A stretch of 64,000 bases of DNA, taken from Raillietiella orientalis (taxonomy: Eukaryota). How positions within the stretch are numbered: the first letter of the stretch is position 1; each line of letters begins with the position of its first letter. The DNA lies in contig JAYWIR010000010.1 of NCBI GenBank assembly GCA_036172245.1, positions 4,774,001 to 4,838,000 on the forward strand, in the 5' to 3' direction. The position numbers and the translations under genes were made by a program. This document shows, piece by piece, positions 1 through 13,299 of this stretch. The notes under the pieces were generated by a model. That model worked only from the letters and a program-made list of their open reading frames with translations. It was not told the origin of the DNA and did no database searches.

Positions 1-1699
1 TCTACTCCGGCCCCTTAGGGAGATGCTTCGCTTGTGTTCAGCATCTTTCGTCAACATGTCGAAGTGCCAAGCTCAGTGTATGTGTGCTTCCAAGAAAAAC
101 ACGGCGCCCTTCCTCAGCGTACACGCGATGATTCAAAGTATCAAGTCACTTTTAACCGCATCATCCTAAATGTTCTGAGAACCCTTAGGCAATGCGTGTG
201 CAGTTTCTGTTTAACATATAGTGAGTGAGGTTTGAGAACAATCTAGCAAAGGTGGAATGATGAGTGGGTTCCCGAATATAAAGCTTGAAAAAAGTTCACA
301 AGGATCGAAAGTCCGCTCATAAGGAAACGAGCATCTTGCAGTTGGTATTGCACCATTTCATTGTGTTTTCTCTTCTGATGATATAAATCAATTGCTCCTG
401 TCTCTCCGGAAGAGGAACTGATGTGTACGACAAAGTTCTCAGGGGAACTATGCAAGGGTCTGCATTAAGCTCGAGGATATAACAAGATAACAACCAGGAA
501 TACTTCCAAGGTTGCTGGGGAAGCGAAATCACAGATTTCATGGAAACGTTGGGTTCGAATCCGCAGTGTCATTAAGAGCAGTGCGAGTTGGGTAGTGAAC
601 GCGAAGAAGGAAGCAAGAAAGCCATTCGTTGAACCGATTCCAACTCAGTGCATTCACCAAATAGCAGATGGAGTTGAAGATGCAAAAGAAATCTTTTTCG
701 TTGGATACCTATGCTCTCCAGACGGTGGCTGATTAGAGATTCTGAGAATCAGACCAAAGATTAGTAAAACTCAACTACTGATGACGTTCTCGCTGTTGAC
801 CAAGTGGTTTTAAAGCCCGATAATATTCGGGAACTGTCTCTGTTTTCAACAATTCTGAGAAAACAGGGAGGATGGAGATGTCTACCGTCTGCGATTCATC
901 ACCATAGTCTATAGTCTAGTAGTCCACGAGCTATCTATCCAACTAACTATAGTCTATTCATCTATCTCCCGTAGAGCATGAATAACTTCTACAATCAATC
1001 CATCTACCACCATATGATTAACACGTCTGACTATTTGATCCCTAAATGTAGATGGATGCAGATTGTTCCTCAAAAAACAAACACACACCCATGCACTTTA
1101 TCATACCCTGTTTTTTACCAGCTTTTCATCTCTTATATCTTTCATGATGCTTATCCTTTTATAAGCACACCTTCTGTCCCAGAATTTCTATCCAAATGAG
1201 TATCTTTAGAATTAATTCCCATTTCACCTGCAATCATACCCATCTCATCTTCCTCAATTTCACTCCTCAACTATCTCATCATCACTCACCCTTTTTGCAT
1301 TAATCAAACTTCACCATCCTCATGCTCCTTCTCTTATTCCTCCTTGCGTGAATGAGATGCAGCCTGTCAAGAGTTAGAAATCCGACGTGCAAGAATATTC
1401 ATGCCTCGGGGCAAGCATGCGCACCCGTTCGGTCAGTAGATGAACTTGCATTAATCAGAGAAGCCAATTATCGGAATGAAAAATTTTCGTTTACCGAACT
1501 GTGGAGACCTGATTTCGGAACTAGCTGACCATCCCACTCAGCTTGTATTTTGAACTAGGTGAAGGGTTGAAGACGGCAAGTGTCAAGAGCAAAAAAAGTA
1601 ACCACACGGATGTCAAAAACTCCATTGTTTTTAGGGTAAGCATCAGATATTTCAATTTTGTTCCGCAAAATTGAAAGATACCATGGTTCTGCACCGCAG

Positions 1700-2680
1700 C
1701 AGTTGTCCAGAAATTCGGGGCTTTCGGTTAACTGGTTGCTTGCAACCTCTTCAGATTGGCAAAGCTGTTGCTGCAAGGATTTGAGATGGGAACCATAATG
1801 GCCTGATCTGTGCTCTGGTAACGAATCATGCTGGAGGATGCCGGTCGTTTGCTCCAGTGACAGGCAAATGTTCTCACTAAAGAGAAACTGCCGATAAGAG
1901 GTAGCACCAAGAGAAAGCATTCCATTGCTCGAACCGCGTGGTTCCAGCAAAGAAATGCTTTCTGCTGTTCATTCACCGGAAGAAGCATGTCAAGTCTTGC
2001 GTCTTCGTAAAAAAAGAAAAAAAGAAATGAGACTCGTTGCTTTGGTCGACAGAAGTACTTGTAGCCTTCACCCTCTTGGAAGACCAGAAAAGCCAGCTTC
2101 ACGCACAAACTGCTTTGAGGTGTTTTTGAAACTTCTGGGGCAAAATCAAAGTGATTTGTGAACACTAGAGAGAGGAAAAATGTAGCAGTGACTTCTGGGA
2201 ATTGCTGCGTTCAGGAAAAACTGGATCAGGAACCCATTTTGTCAGACTTCTGTAGCAGCTTAGATTGGCATCGTCAAGCGTTGTGCGCGAAAATGAGAGA
2301 GCGCGTCTCCGAAGACCATCAGCCGAGTGGTCATGGGCGGGAATTCTTTCAGTAGAGAGTATGAGGCTCTTGATTCTCAAACATGGTTAACGCCAGCTGA
2401 TGCCTCTCTGTGCTGGAGGACGTTGAACACAGAAAGATGGAGCACCGAAGGGAGGACCACAGTGGACACGCCAGTATGTGCGTTAGCCACTAGTCCCTCG
2501 ATAGTGGCACCTCGTTAACTACAGGTTTCTTATTAAGAGAGCAGGGTGAAGACCTCAGGGACAGCAGTCTCTTGCGCGCACCAGCTCGAGATTCATTCTA
2601 GTTGCTCCACTTTATTCCTGACGCGATTCGAGACCTCAACACTGAGAGGCACAGTGCTCTATGACGCACAAGCACTGGCT
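1700..2680 (-). mobile_element. Decayed LINE APE-endonuclease (ORF2 N-terminus), L1/Tx1-like
   Basis: Ordered minus-strand motif relics: ctc-agt-gtt-ga-ggt-ctc at 2630-2646 (~LNVRGL), C-A-Q-E-T with QET at 2566-2574, TGVSTV (~GVai), ARLDMLL (~SRID) and STDQAIMV (~SDH). Frameshifted. Confidence 0.5.
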
Positions 2681-3449
2681 TCTTATGCACTGCCTGAGGT
2701 CTGGTGCCACCTTTTATCGCCAGTCTGTCTTCAGTAAGAAAATTTGCCTGTTACTGAAGCAAACGAGCAGCATCCTCCACCATGATTCGTTACTAGAGCA
2801 AAAATCAGGCCATTATGGTTCCGACCTCAGATCCTCGTAACAACGTCTTTGCCAGTCTGAAGAGTTTGAGAGCAACCAGTGAACCGAAAGCCCCGAATTT
2901 CTGGACAACTGCTGCCAAGCAGAACCAAACACCTTGCATTCTGTGCTATCACTCCAGCGGAGGAGCTGGGGACTGATTTATCGCGTAGGAAACGTAGTAT
3001 GCCCAGAGCTCACAAATCTCGACGCCTGGAGACAAGAGAATGTGCCGGACGCTGAGCTTGCTTTGGGGCTGGAGACATGCCGAATATTGTACGTCGCTCA
3101 AAATAGAGGAAAGAGTGAAGGAATTCAATGAAGGAAGATAGATACATTTCTCAGCTCTCTGTAAGTTCACATCGGTTTCCAAGCACGTGAGATCATTGAA
3201 TGAGATCTACAATTGTGTGAACAGTGAATGGGTAGAGAGGGAAGCTACTTCACAGGCTGAATTCATCAAGAAAGCCGAATCATGACAGACGAGCAAACGA
3301 TAGGGCTGGCATTTAAGGTTATTCGATATCTTCTCTTAGAGATAATGGAAGGGTGGGATTCCTTGTCCGAAAGTGGAGACTTGAAGATCTCGAATAATAC
3401 CGGCTAGTGGCCGACGGCTTCCTGCGTAGCTGGACATTGACGCAACTTC

Positions 3450-6400
3450 GTTGGAACTCTTGTTCTCTCACTCCTTCAGTTATCTTACTGATCAAAAATC
3501 ATATTTTATCTAAACATCTCGGTAGTAGGTCACGTATGCCCATCCGGTTTCTATCCTGTAGACCCAGGAAGGTTCCGTGATCGCACACATTAATAAGTAC
3601 TCGGAGGAAGATGGCGATAGGACAGTAAAAGACACTCTTTCGCCTGAGAGCCAGTAGCTACGAGGCGTTTCAGAAACCTCGTATGCCTTGAAGTTGTGCC
3701 ACAGAGATGGTTCAACAGCAAGGATATTTCTCATTTCCATCAACAAGAATATCTTGGCAACTCCAAAGTTCCGATTTCTATAGAAGTCACGTGCATGTTC
3801 GAGGTGCACTGAGACCCTTCCGCGAGGATCTGGAAGTTCCAGGAGACCCTTCTAGGCCTCGTCGCTCGTGATCCCTGTCCCCTCCTGGACCTTCCCAGGA
3901 TCAAAGTATTCCCTCAGCTGGAGTCCTAGGAGCCGGAGGACGGCCAGGGAGGACCCACTTGATACCTCGAACTGGACCTTGATCAAAAGATGAATATCTC
4001 GGGTTCGAAAAATTTTCCATCCGTAAGCACGTGCTGCCGGCATTGAGGATCGCGAGTTCGCCATCTGTGGTGCATTTTGCATCAAGAAGCGCGTCAGCTT
4101 CCTCAGCGGCTTTAGTCTTTCGGAAACCTTTTGGGGAGGGGGCTCTTTGGTTCAGAGGAAGCATCGTCGAATGGGCTCCAGGGGCAGACTCTCCTATCTT
4201 CTCATATTTCTAGAAGGGTGCTCCCATTTCTTATACCTAGCGTGACTCTGCGCTTGCGTGCGATGCTCCTCATCAGTTCCGGGATGAGCACCTGGCGTGA
4301 CCCTGGAGTGACCATCGATGCCCTTATCCTGCAGGGCGAGCGTCCCGATCTTTTTGATCTTCAGTGCTCATGCTGATGTGCATGTCGGCAGGCTTGCCGG
4401 CTGTCTCATGGGAGGGTCCCTCCTTGCTGCAGCGGTCGTTTCCAGTAGATCTGCTGTTCGAACGGCGATCTGGCTATCGACATTCCACGAAATTCCTTAG
4501 ACGGAAACGGAGGTCATAGAAGAACCAAAGCTGCAAGAAAGTTCGTCTTTCGGGGTCAACAGTGCGTCCGAATGCGGAAACTCCGGGTCCTTTTCGTAAT
4601 TCCGTTTCCGGGATAGTGTGTCTCGCGGTGGACGGGGGGGGGGGGAAGTTGATGGAAATTTACTTTTCGAGCACGACTGACGACCTGAAGATCCTGAGAT
4701 CTCTCCTCAGGAAGATCTGAATCTTTTTTTTTCAAGAGAGGTTTTTCAAGGAAACAGTGGTGCTCGTCTGGAAGGGGAAAAAAGTGTCTTGCTCGGAGCT
4801 TCCGCTCGATCCTTCGCTCCGTAGAACCGGCGCCATCTATCTCGCCCTCGATAACCCTTTGACCTCTAAAGACTCTACAGCCTCCACGGTCGCGAAAAAG
4901 AGTCAAACTGCGCTTCCCCAAGGAAGCAGCTGCTGAGGCTCCCAGAGGGCCGCACGCTTACTTTAACTGCATCTTCAGGTGAGCCGAGCGCAGGACGTCG
5001 ACGGCGTACTGCAGGGACTGCAGGAGCGTCTCCTTGTCCACCTTCTCGAAAGTGATGAGCTCCACGAGGTTCTTCAGACTGGAAGGAAACAGAAAGAGTT
5101 CAGTTCGATCGATTCGGACACCCACATCTGTCGGCAAGTCCGCAAGCGGAAGAGGAGGCGAAAGGCGCCGCGGCTTCCGGGAACGCTGCCGTGCGCTGCG
5201 ATCGGCGGAGCTCATCAATTTTGCAGGTGGCTCCACGTGGTCAGGTAATGAATTGCATAAATTTGCCCTCTTTCCGCGCGAGGGGTCTTTTGAAAAATGC
5301 AGGGCGATCGACTTGCTCCGCGAGCGAGGGGAGAGGAGGACAGCGCTCGGGGCTCAGGTCGATTCCTCGTACGGGGAACGTGACGCCGCACATAGCTTTA
5401 TCCCGCGTCTCGCTTCATCCCAGAGGACAAGCGCTTGAGGTTTCGAGACAGGATGCGAACGACTGCCTTAGCAGAAGAGGAGGAAGAAGAATGTCTCCCA
5501 CTTCGTTCCCGATGGAACTTCTGTGCGCTTTGGGTCCTGGTGCGCCTCCGCACTACGGAAGTGGTCCGGACGCCGCATCCGACGAGGATCTCCACTGCGT
5601 TCGGATGAAGGAGGAGGAGGAGGTTTTGGGCGAGAAGAAGCGCCAGAGGTGCTGACAACCGCCCGCTCCCGCTTTCGGCGGTCGCTGCTCCCAGCCCCAT
5701 GGGTCCGAAGAACTAAGAGAGAACACACTGGGTAGGCGGGTGCAAAGTAGGGTGCCCAGGTGACGCCCGGTCGCCCGTGGATGCGGATACTCTTGGAGCG
5801 AGCTCTCGACCGTCCCATCGAGAGAAGGGATCCTCGATGGGCTTGCAAGGGGATCTCAGATGCGCGCGCTGCTCATTTCGTCACCCTCTCCTCCCTTTTC
5901 CCCCACTTCCGCAGCGTCGTAGTCTAGCGTTCAGCTGCAAAGAAGGCCGTTTTTCGGGCCGGCAGTGAGTTCGGATGCGGAAACTTCTAATGCTTCCCGC
6001 GAACCCTTTCCGGGAAGCGTCTCGCAAGTCGCTCCACTCTTCGAGCACGGCCTCGCGAGCTGACGACCCGGCGACCTCTCCAGGAGAGTCCAGAATTTTT
6101 TTCCCGGAAGATTTCCTGTCACTGGACGCTGGGACGGCTCCAGGCTTCTGGCAGGCGCTGTGGGAGGAGGTCGCCTGCTCGCGCCGGATGCCGGATGTCC
6201 CGTTTGATCGGCTGCCGGGAATCGGAGCGGCTCGTCCGCCCGCCAATGCCCTATGGGACGAAGCAAAAGCTCCTACGTATCGTGACCTTTCTCCCCGGAA
6301 GGGGAGAGAGGAAGGAGGGGGAGTCATTTTTGTGGTTGCACTCGCGATCCTGCGCTGCATCAACGGCACTTCTGCGTTCCGCGCCTCGAACGACGCGGCT

Positions 6401-8290
6401 GCGTCAAAGAGGAGGAGAGAGGACATCCTGCCCGCTGCCTCGTTCCGGAGAGCGAAGAGATGGCGTCGGCAGAATCAAACGGCAAGTGACAGCTCTCACT
6501 GTGCAGGGACTGAGGACAGGGTGCACTGAAGCATGTGACCACCTCCCCTCATTTGTTTGCATTTATTTATCACCCTCGTGCTCTCGACCTTTTTCCCTGG
6601 ACCAAGTGCGCGCGACAAATACCATTGCAGAAACACATGTCTCTCTTCTCCATGAATGGGAGCCTCGGAGCGGCTGGGCGGAAAGCGATCTGATGCTGCG
6701 ACGGCAAGCCCAGAGGCAGACCTGTCCGGCTCATCTGAGCGCCCGCTCGCCGCTCGACCGGGACCTTCCTGGAAATTCCCAAGTCGGAAACGGAAAGCAA
6801 GGGCGCGCGTCCTCTGCGAAACGGTCTTCGCTCTAGAGCAGTCTTTCCGCCGATAGCCAGCTGCTGCTCCGCGCGGGTCACCCTTTTTTACCAAGCAATC
6901 CTTCTCAGAGTTTTGACAGCTCGCAAACTTCACTCGTGCGTCGTCCTTTCCTGCAGAGCGAAAGCTGTTCTCCTCCCTTCCACGATGGCCCATCCCCTTG
7001 TTGCGCTGCCGGGAGAGCTGGAAGTGCAGTCCTACCTTCGCAGAGCTGTCCCTAACGGACCGTCAGCGAAAGCTACACTTCCGGCGGCGTTTTTTGGCGC
7101 GCAGCGGGTTGCGAGAAACTCGTGTCTTCCCTGAGCTGCAGCCTCAACTCGGGGCTTCCCTCAAAGGGCCGCATCCGCGGCACTGCACATGCTACGGATG
7201 CGGATTCTCTACTGCGAAAGCCCGCATGGATCTCCTTCGGGCCTCTGAATTGCAACGCATGGCCGCAGGAGGGTGTGGATGCGTGGAGTATTCAGTCCAC
7301 AACTTCTCCGTCCCGTCCGACGTCCCGTTCCCAAGAAGTGGGAAAGAGCCGTAACCACTCCTCCAGCCTCAGCGCTGTTCTCCCTAAGGGAACAAGCTGA
7401 CAATGGCCAGTATCTATGTTGGAGGTCCCCTGATGCACATCATAAGTCAGCAAAGCTACAAGCGGCTGGTTGGCTCGAGAACTTTTACTTTCTGGCGGCT
7501 GTTTCTAACAACTGTTCGTACCTGAGAGCTGAGGTGGCGGAAAGGCACTCGTGGCACCCCCTTGGATGGAGCGGTGACCCCACAGTCCTCCTAGGAGATT
7601 CAGTGATTCTTCTCCAGTGGAACAACACGCGGCGACTGGGCTCCGGGCTCTTTCTGGACTCAGGTTTCCCACGCAACCAACGCCAGCACCATCGCATGAG
7701 AGGGAACGTGTCTCCTATCCGTGCCAGGGGCGGGACGATCTAATCGCCAGGCTGCTGGGCTGCAATGCGTGGCACCGGTTCTTTGCAGCCTCGAGGGACT
7801 CTCCTACAGTGGCTCGGGGATTGCTTGTATTCCGGGAAGCGTTAACGACCGGGCATGCTGCGGCGTTGCTCTGCATCCGCGCAGCAGTCGCGACTCGCTA
7901 CGTGGTGGAGCAACTCCATCACCTGAAGGCTACCATTCTCTTCGTGCCATCCTCCGCGATGAGGAAGGCAGCACGGTGGCCTCGCTTTCTCCCCAAAATC
8001 AAAGAGGACGCTGCTGGAGTTACGAGAAGGTCACAAGAAAGACGGAGGACAGAAACCCGATGACCCTTCCTGCTCCCTTTCGCCCCGGTGGGCCCCTGTT
8101 CTGGAAACAGTATAGGCTTGAGCCGGTGTTTCTCCACACATACGAGCTTCTTGCCATATCTTCGCTCATCCGCCTCTTCATTTTCAGTTCCCTTCTCCAC
8201 TAGGTTCCTTTTTCTCCTAGCCATCCACCTACCCGTCGGTGTTACCGTGAACGTGACCACACTCGTGCGTGTTTATTCAATACGAATAAA
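3450..8290 (+). mobile_element. Near full-length fossil Tx1/L1-like LINE (ORF1 relic, EN, RT, C-terminus, 3' UTR)
   Basis: Collinear plus-strand relics: ORF1 ARIFLISINKNI..SRACSRC (~3720-3810); EN MLLISSGMSTWRDP..RPDLFDLQ (~4260-4370); linker LLVHLLESDE (~5030); TSPG..FWQAL (~6075-6160); IVTFLPGRGE (~6280); FSLDQVRA (~6590); VGNGKQGRASS/FALE (~6780-6840); LSLTDR..AGG (~7045-7270); AATAAA at ~8285. The ORF2 span of ~3.9 kb matches typical length. Confidence 0.6.
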
Positions 8291-8329
8291 CGTTCCGGCA
8301 TTCCTGGATGTGAAACAATGATCTTACCT

Positions 8330-9750
8330 CTTAAGAGGCCTAAAAAGTGTTTCGGATGAGAGGTGCCGTCTTAACCTATTGTTCCCGTGGAAGGCCGGTG
8401 GAGAGCTACAAAGTTTAGAGGTGGAGAGGAAACGGAAGCATCTCGTGGGAAGTGTTCTTGGTGGGTTTCGCTTTCCCAATTCCTTGCTCCACATGCTCTC
8501 GATTGATGGGTCCCTATGTGCAAATGCTGGAGGTGCAGGATGTCGACGTCTCTGGGTGCACCCTTGGTTAAGTGGTTCTCTTTCTGCTTTAGATTCATTG
8601 ATGAAATCGCAACCCTGGTGTTCGAAGAACACCCGGCACCCAAAAATCTCTGGGACGTAAGATCGTCAGAAGAATGGCGCATGTATCACGAGCATGAAAC
8701 CGTCTTGCACAAGATGGCATCATCTTCAAGGTACCGTTGAAGCACGGGACGAACTTTCATCTCCAAGTCATTTATGATGTCAAAGAAAATGACAAGGAAA
8801 GAAATGTCTTTCTTCCAGTTTCGGAAAAGTTCGGTTCAGAATACATTCAAGGAAATACCACGTGGTCCTTCGTTCTCCGGATCACATTAGAAAGGAGCAA
8901 TTGCCGAGAAGACACCCCAGTTAATTTCACATCCGAGGAGCTTGTTTCGTTGGGGACTACCGAACTTTTTAAAGCACGCAATTTTTTCGGAAAGAGCCTT
9001 TGTGAGCAGTTGCCATGAAATCTCCGCATTTCATTTCTTTTCATGTCGCCATGCAACAGCTTCTCTGGAAGCATTCCATCGAAGCTGATTATCTTATCTT
9101 CGCTGATCGATATGATTTTTTTTTTTTACCAAGCAATCCTTCTCAGAGTTTTGACAGCAACTTCTTTTTGAAAGGTCTTCAGATTACTTGTGGGGCTCCC
9201 TCTCACTTCCTCTCAAACTTCGGTTGCGACTCCTTCGTGACACGGACTCAATACGCAATTCCCTTTTTGGGAATCTCAACGTGCATAATCCTTCAGAAGC
9301 ATTTTTCCCCAGGAACTGAAGCACTCTCTGCATCTTTCAGGAGTTTCTTCTCCTCTGCGAATCTTTGAAAATTGCCAGCTTAGAACTGGGCACACCTCTT
9401 TTAGGTGACTGCATGTGGAAATTTCGAATTTTGGCTTTCCATTTGGAATGCGTGTGGACCGGAAACGACGTCTTACTCCCTCTTGTATTGCTCTCACTAT
9501 GATCGTGTTTTTAGCCTCTTTTTTTCCCCCCTTCTTCCACACAACCATTCCCTGTAAGCTTCCGTAAGCATCTTAGTTCCTTTGCGTTGTTCACAGGTAG
9601 CACATACCCCCTAAGATCTGATGGGGGAGGGCTTCTTCCTCTGCCTTTTGTCCTTTTGCGCGCGTCAGTAATGTACTTCGTCTGGAAAATACCTGAAACT
9701 CGCTTCTGCATCCAAATTTTCTGAGCAGCTCTGGCAACGTGGACTTTGCA
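8330..9750 (-). mobile_element. Decayed CR1/L2-like LINE reverse transcriptase
   Basis: Minus strand, in order: SSWGKMLL, KKLLSKL*EGLLG (~9125-9165), FFDIINDLEMKVRPVLQRYLEDDAILCKTV (~8700-8790; ~INDL..YADD), SDDLT, FINESK, KELG, HLSSETL. Confidence 0.55.
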
Positions 9751-12700
9751 TGAGATGGCATCCTTGATTAGTCACGATTGCCTGTGGGTGCCTTCCCCAA
9801 TAAAAAATGTACGTCACGGTGGCTGATTACGGTTTGGTTAAGCAGCAGCAATTCGTGATCTCCGAGTACTCTTTTGCTGCACGCAAAGAATAGGGGGGAA
9901 GAAATCAGAAAGATTCGTGCTCTCCAGATGAAATTGCAGGAGTTTCACAAGATCTCCAGCTTGCAGCTCACGTCTCACGTCTCGGTTGAGATTTTCTGAA
10001 TGCAACAGCATTACTCTTTTTTATATATATATATATTTTGCTCCTTTGAGAACAGGTATGCTTGCGACTGTTGCTTCTGTGACCCATTCCTGATTTCCAA
10101 AACCTGGATTCGTCTTCCTTCCGAGCATGGCGAAGAAGAAAGTATTTTGGAAAGTCCAGATGCAATCCGAACAAGCTCTTGAGGGACCATCCGCTCGGTA
10201 GTCCTCATCGTTCTGGGTAAAGGGGAACTTTTGAAGCTGGTAGTCAGTCTTTCATGACGCGTGGCTCCTTCACGGAGGCCAAAAATTGCAGGCACGTGTT
10301 TTCCCAAATCCTGTGCTGATGCAAGGATACATGTCTTTAATAAAGCACGCACAAGTGCTCTGTAAATGCCCTGTGGATATATATAGAAATGTATGAATAC
10401 ATAAAGGCATATGTGCAAGCGAGTGGTTTGAAAGATAACTGCACATCATGTTATTCACCGGAACAACAGTTTTGCTGGCAGACCAATGTTTTTTTCTAGG
10501 CATGCTTGACATTGCGAAATGGCGAACCGCAACTGTTTGTCTCCTGGTGCTTCCTTGTAACCAATGGCTGATCTCTCAAATAAACACATCGTCCTTGGCT
10601 CGTGTTCATGGAGACAGGTTTAACCGCAAAGAAGTGAACGTCGCATAAATCCATAATAAACTTGTTGGGTCCCATAGGAAACAGAGAAACCTGCTCCATA
10701 TATCAGAGTAGTCAACAGATCTTGTGATAATGGTACAGGGAACCAGTTGAAAGAGTGGCATCTTACTAGACGGATGTAGGACTGCATGGAATACACACCC
10801 CGTGATGCAGCAGTGCAGGAAACTGCTAAAGAGTTCCACCAACAGCGGATGCAACAAAACTACGTTTCTTGAAAGCCCCTTGCAAGCTGAATTTATGTTT
10901 CCAGCACCTGCTGGTGATTATTAAAAATTATTCACCGCAAAAATTATTTACTGGACTCTCAAAATCTCTGTTGAGAAACGCTTCTCTAAGTGGTATCGTC
11001 TGAATGATTTTCCACTGCATCGTGCAGTCCTTTTTCAGTTGAAATTCGAGCCTTAAAGACTTGCGGCATCTGCATTTTCCATCGCACGCGGTGGAAAGGA
11101 AAATTGAAAGCACGACCATTGAAAGTTTGGAAAGCAGGTGGCAGCCGGCAAGTCTATGGAGGACGCCATAAGGTTTGCCAGCAGCCAACTCATGGTTTAT
11201 CTCCGATTCAAGATAACTCCTGCTCGTGCCGAGTCAGATCTCTGCTTAATTATCGATACTACTCGAAATTGATGATCTAAGTCTAAGAGACGATTTCCAT
11301 GATTTATCTAGTTGATGGGCGAGTTTATTTATAGCATTTAAAAAGTGTCATGAAGCCATAAAACGAAATTCTAAGAAACAGTCAGTGCATCTAATTGCAC
11401 TCAAAAAGTGTTGGACAGTGGACGCGAAATTTCATTCGCGAAATTTCGTTCAAAGAGCGGAGCTACCGCCTTCGGAAGAAAACGCTGAGTAGCTGAGGAT
11501 GAGTTAAACGGTGAAAATCAGCAGAAATGCAGCTCTTTGCAGAGATGCTCTCGGCACGAAAGAGTCAACACTCATCGTCGCGGGAGAAAACAGGAAACCC
11601 GGCTGCCTTTTTTTTCCTACCCGGGGAAGGGGGGGGGGGACTGAGACCTGTAATTTCCGTGCAAATCCTCACTAATGGGTGGATGTCGAGGCCATCTGCT
11701 AAAATTTATTCCCTCCATTAGCAGCCATCATTTCGACTCGGCGCAAAAGACATTCCCTCTAACAGTTTTCTGATTTTCGTAAAATGCATGCCGGATTTCA
11801 GCGTGCGTTCCCAAGCATTCGAAGGTGTTTCTTCGTAATATTTTCCCATTCAGTCAGTGGGCTAAGCTGTGTGCAAGAATCCCCCTACCATCAAGGTTCT
11901 CATGGATTTTGGTGCTCTTCTCGATGGAATCAATTGAAATGTTTTTTTTTTGCAAGAAATTGGAAATGACGGCCTCGTGCTTTTTGAGGTTTACAAAAAG
12001 TTTGGCGCAAATAGCGGTGGCGCAAATGTTTTGAAGATACTGGATGCTGAAATTTTAGTAGTGGAAGATTTTTGGAACTATCATGTTACTACAGATAGGA
12101 CAAAAAAGACCTCGTCAAAGGAAAGATACGTGAGAAAGCAGATGCAAATGGAAACAGGAGTGTGGAATTTCATCGGCGAAGTTTCCAAGTGACGTGAATA
12201 GGGAAGGTGAAGAACTACGAAAAATTCGTAACTAAGCAGAGAGCGATTAGTGAAACAGATTTCTGGTATAAAGAGTGCTTGCAAGAAGATACATTCCTAT
12301 TTGAGAAATTGCTAAAGTGAAATTGCTAAACTGTTTCCCGCAGTTAAGAACATTTTAGCTGACGTGTGCCACACCTCTTCCAGAAAAGGTTATTCATCAT
12401 TGATGAAAGTCTTCTGGAATCATGAAAAATGCATTTATTGCTTCGTCTGGTCTGCGCTTCCGGTACCGAAGTCTAAAGCAGACCATTTCATACCTTATAG
12501 AAACCTAACAAACGACAATCCCGAATGAGATGTGCCGTTGCACATCTTCCCGGAATTCGAAAATGCTTTGCCAGGAGAATCGAGAGATGGCAAGCATTTT
12601 TAAGTACACCATCAGCCATTTCAATTGAGAAAAGAGCAAAATTCTCAAAGATCGAATGCATAAAAGCAAAGTATGAAGGGTGGAAACCGTAGCAGCTATT

Positions 12701-13299
12701 AAGTAAGAAAAAATGTCTTGTCCTTTGGTCAACTACGGGAACGCCTCGATCAGCTGGAGAATCTGCTGACTTCAAAAAAGAAATCATTTATATGGAGCAC
12801 GTAGATGCGAGTGATGGGCAGTGAACAGTGGCAAGAACGGAGCAAAAGATAGAGAGTCCCTCGCCTGAACGAGGGACGGAGCAATGAGCTTCCCATCTCA
12901 ACTCCTGGAATAATGAATTCTTTTCAAATGCCTCTAAAAACAATCAGCTGCAGGCGTGCGATGGGACAGATATGTGAACGCGACTGCTTAGCAACAGTGG
13001 CTTCCCAGTGGGAAGGCAAAATTTCGAGAGCCTGAAAAATTATTGATAAGAGAAGCATCGAAATTTTCTGCTAACGGTAATTAACTACAGAGTTATGGGA
13101 CATCAAACTGCCTGGGGAAGCAGAAGTAACGGACAATCGTTGTATAGAATTATGCTATAGAATTGTATCCAGTGCTATCAATCGAGAGAGTAAAGAAAGG
13201 AAGAACCAATCCAATAGGTATACTCCGGAAATCAAGTATTTTGTGGGAGGTGAACTTCCGGCCGTGAAGAATGAGACTTCAAATTGCTTGCCTCATCAC

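Noticed and set aside
552..562. Isolated B-box GGTTCGAATCC as a tRNA gene
   Set aside because: No cloverleaf or convincing A-box. At most a SINE remnant.
3510..5236. Protein-like minus-strand ORFs (3510-3809, 3852-4085, 4958-5236) suggesting an endogenous virus
   Set aside because: The opposite strand carries collinear LINE ORF1/EN/linker motifs, so these are antisense shadows. No viral hallmark motif was seen.
6921..9121. The 37-bp repeat as a TSD or LTR pair around a 2.2-kb insert
   Set aside because: Each flanking RT relic continues into the interval, so the interval is not a single insertion.
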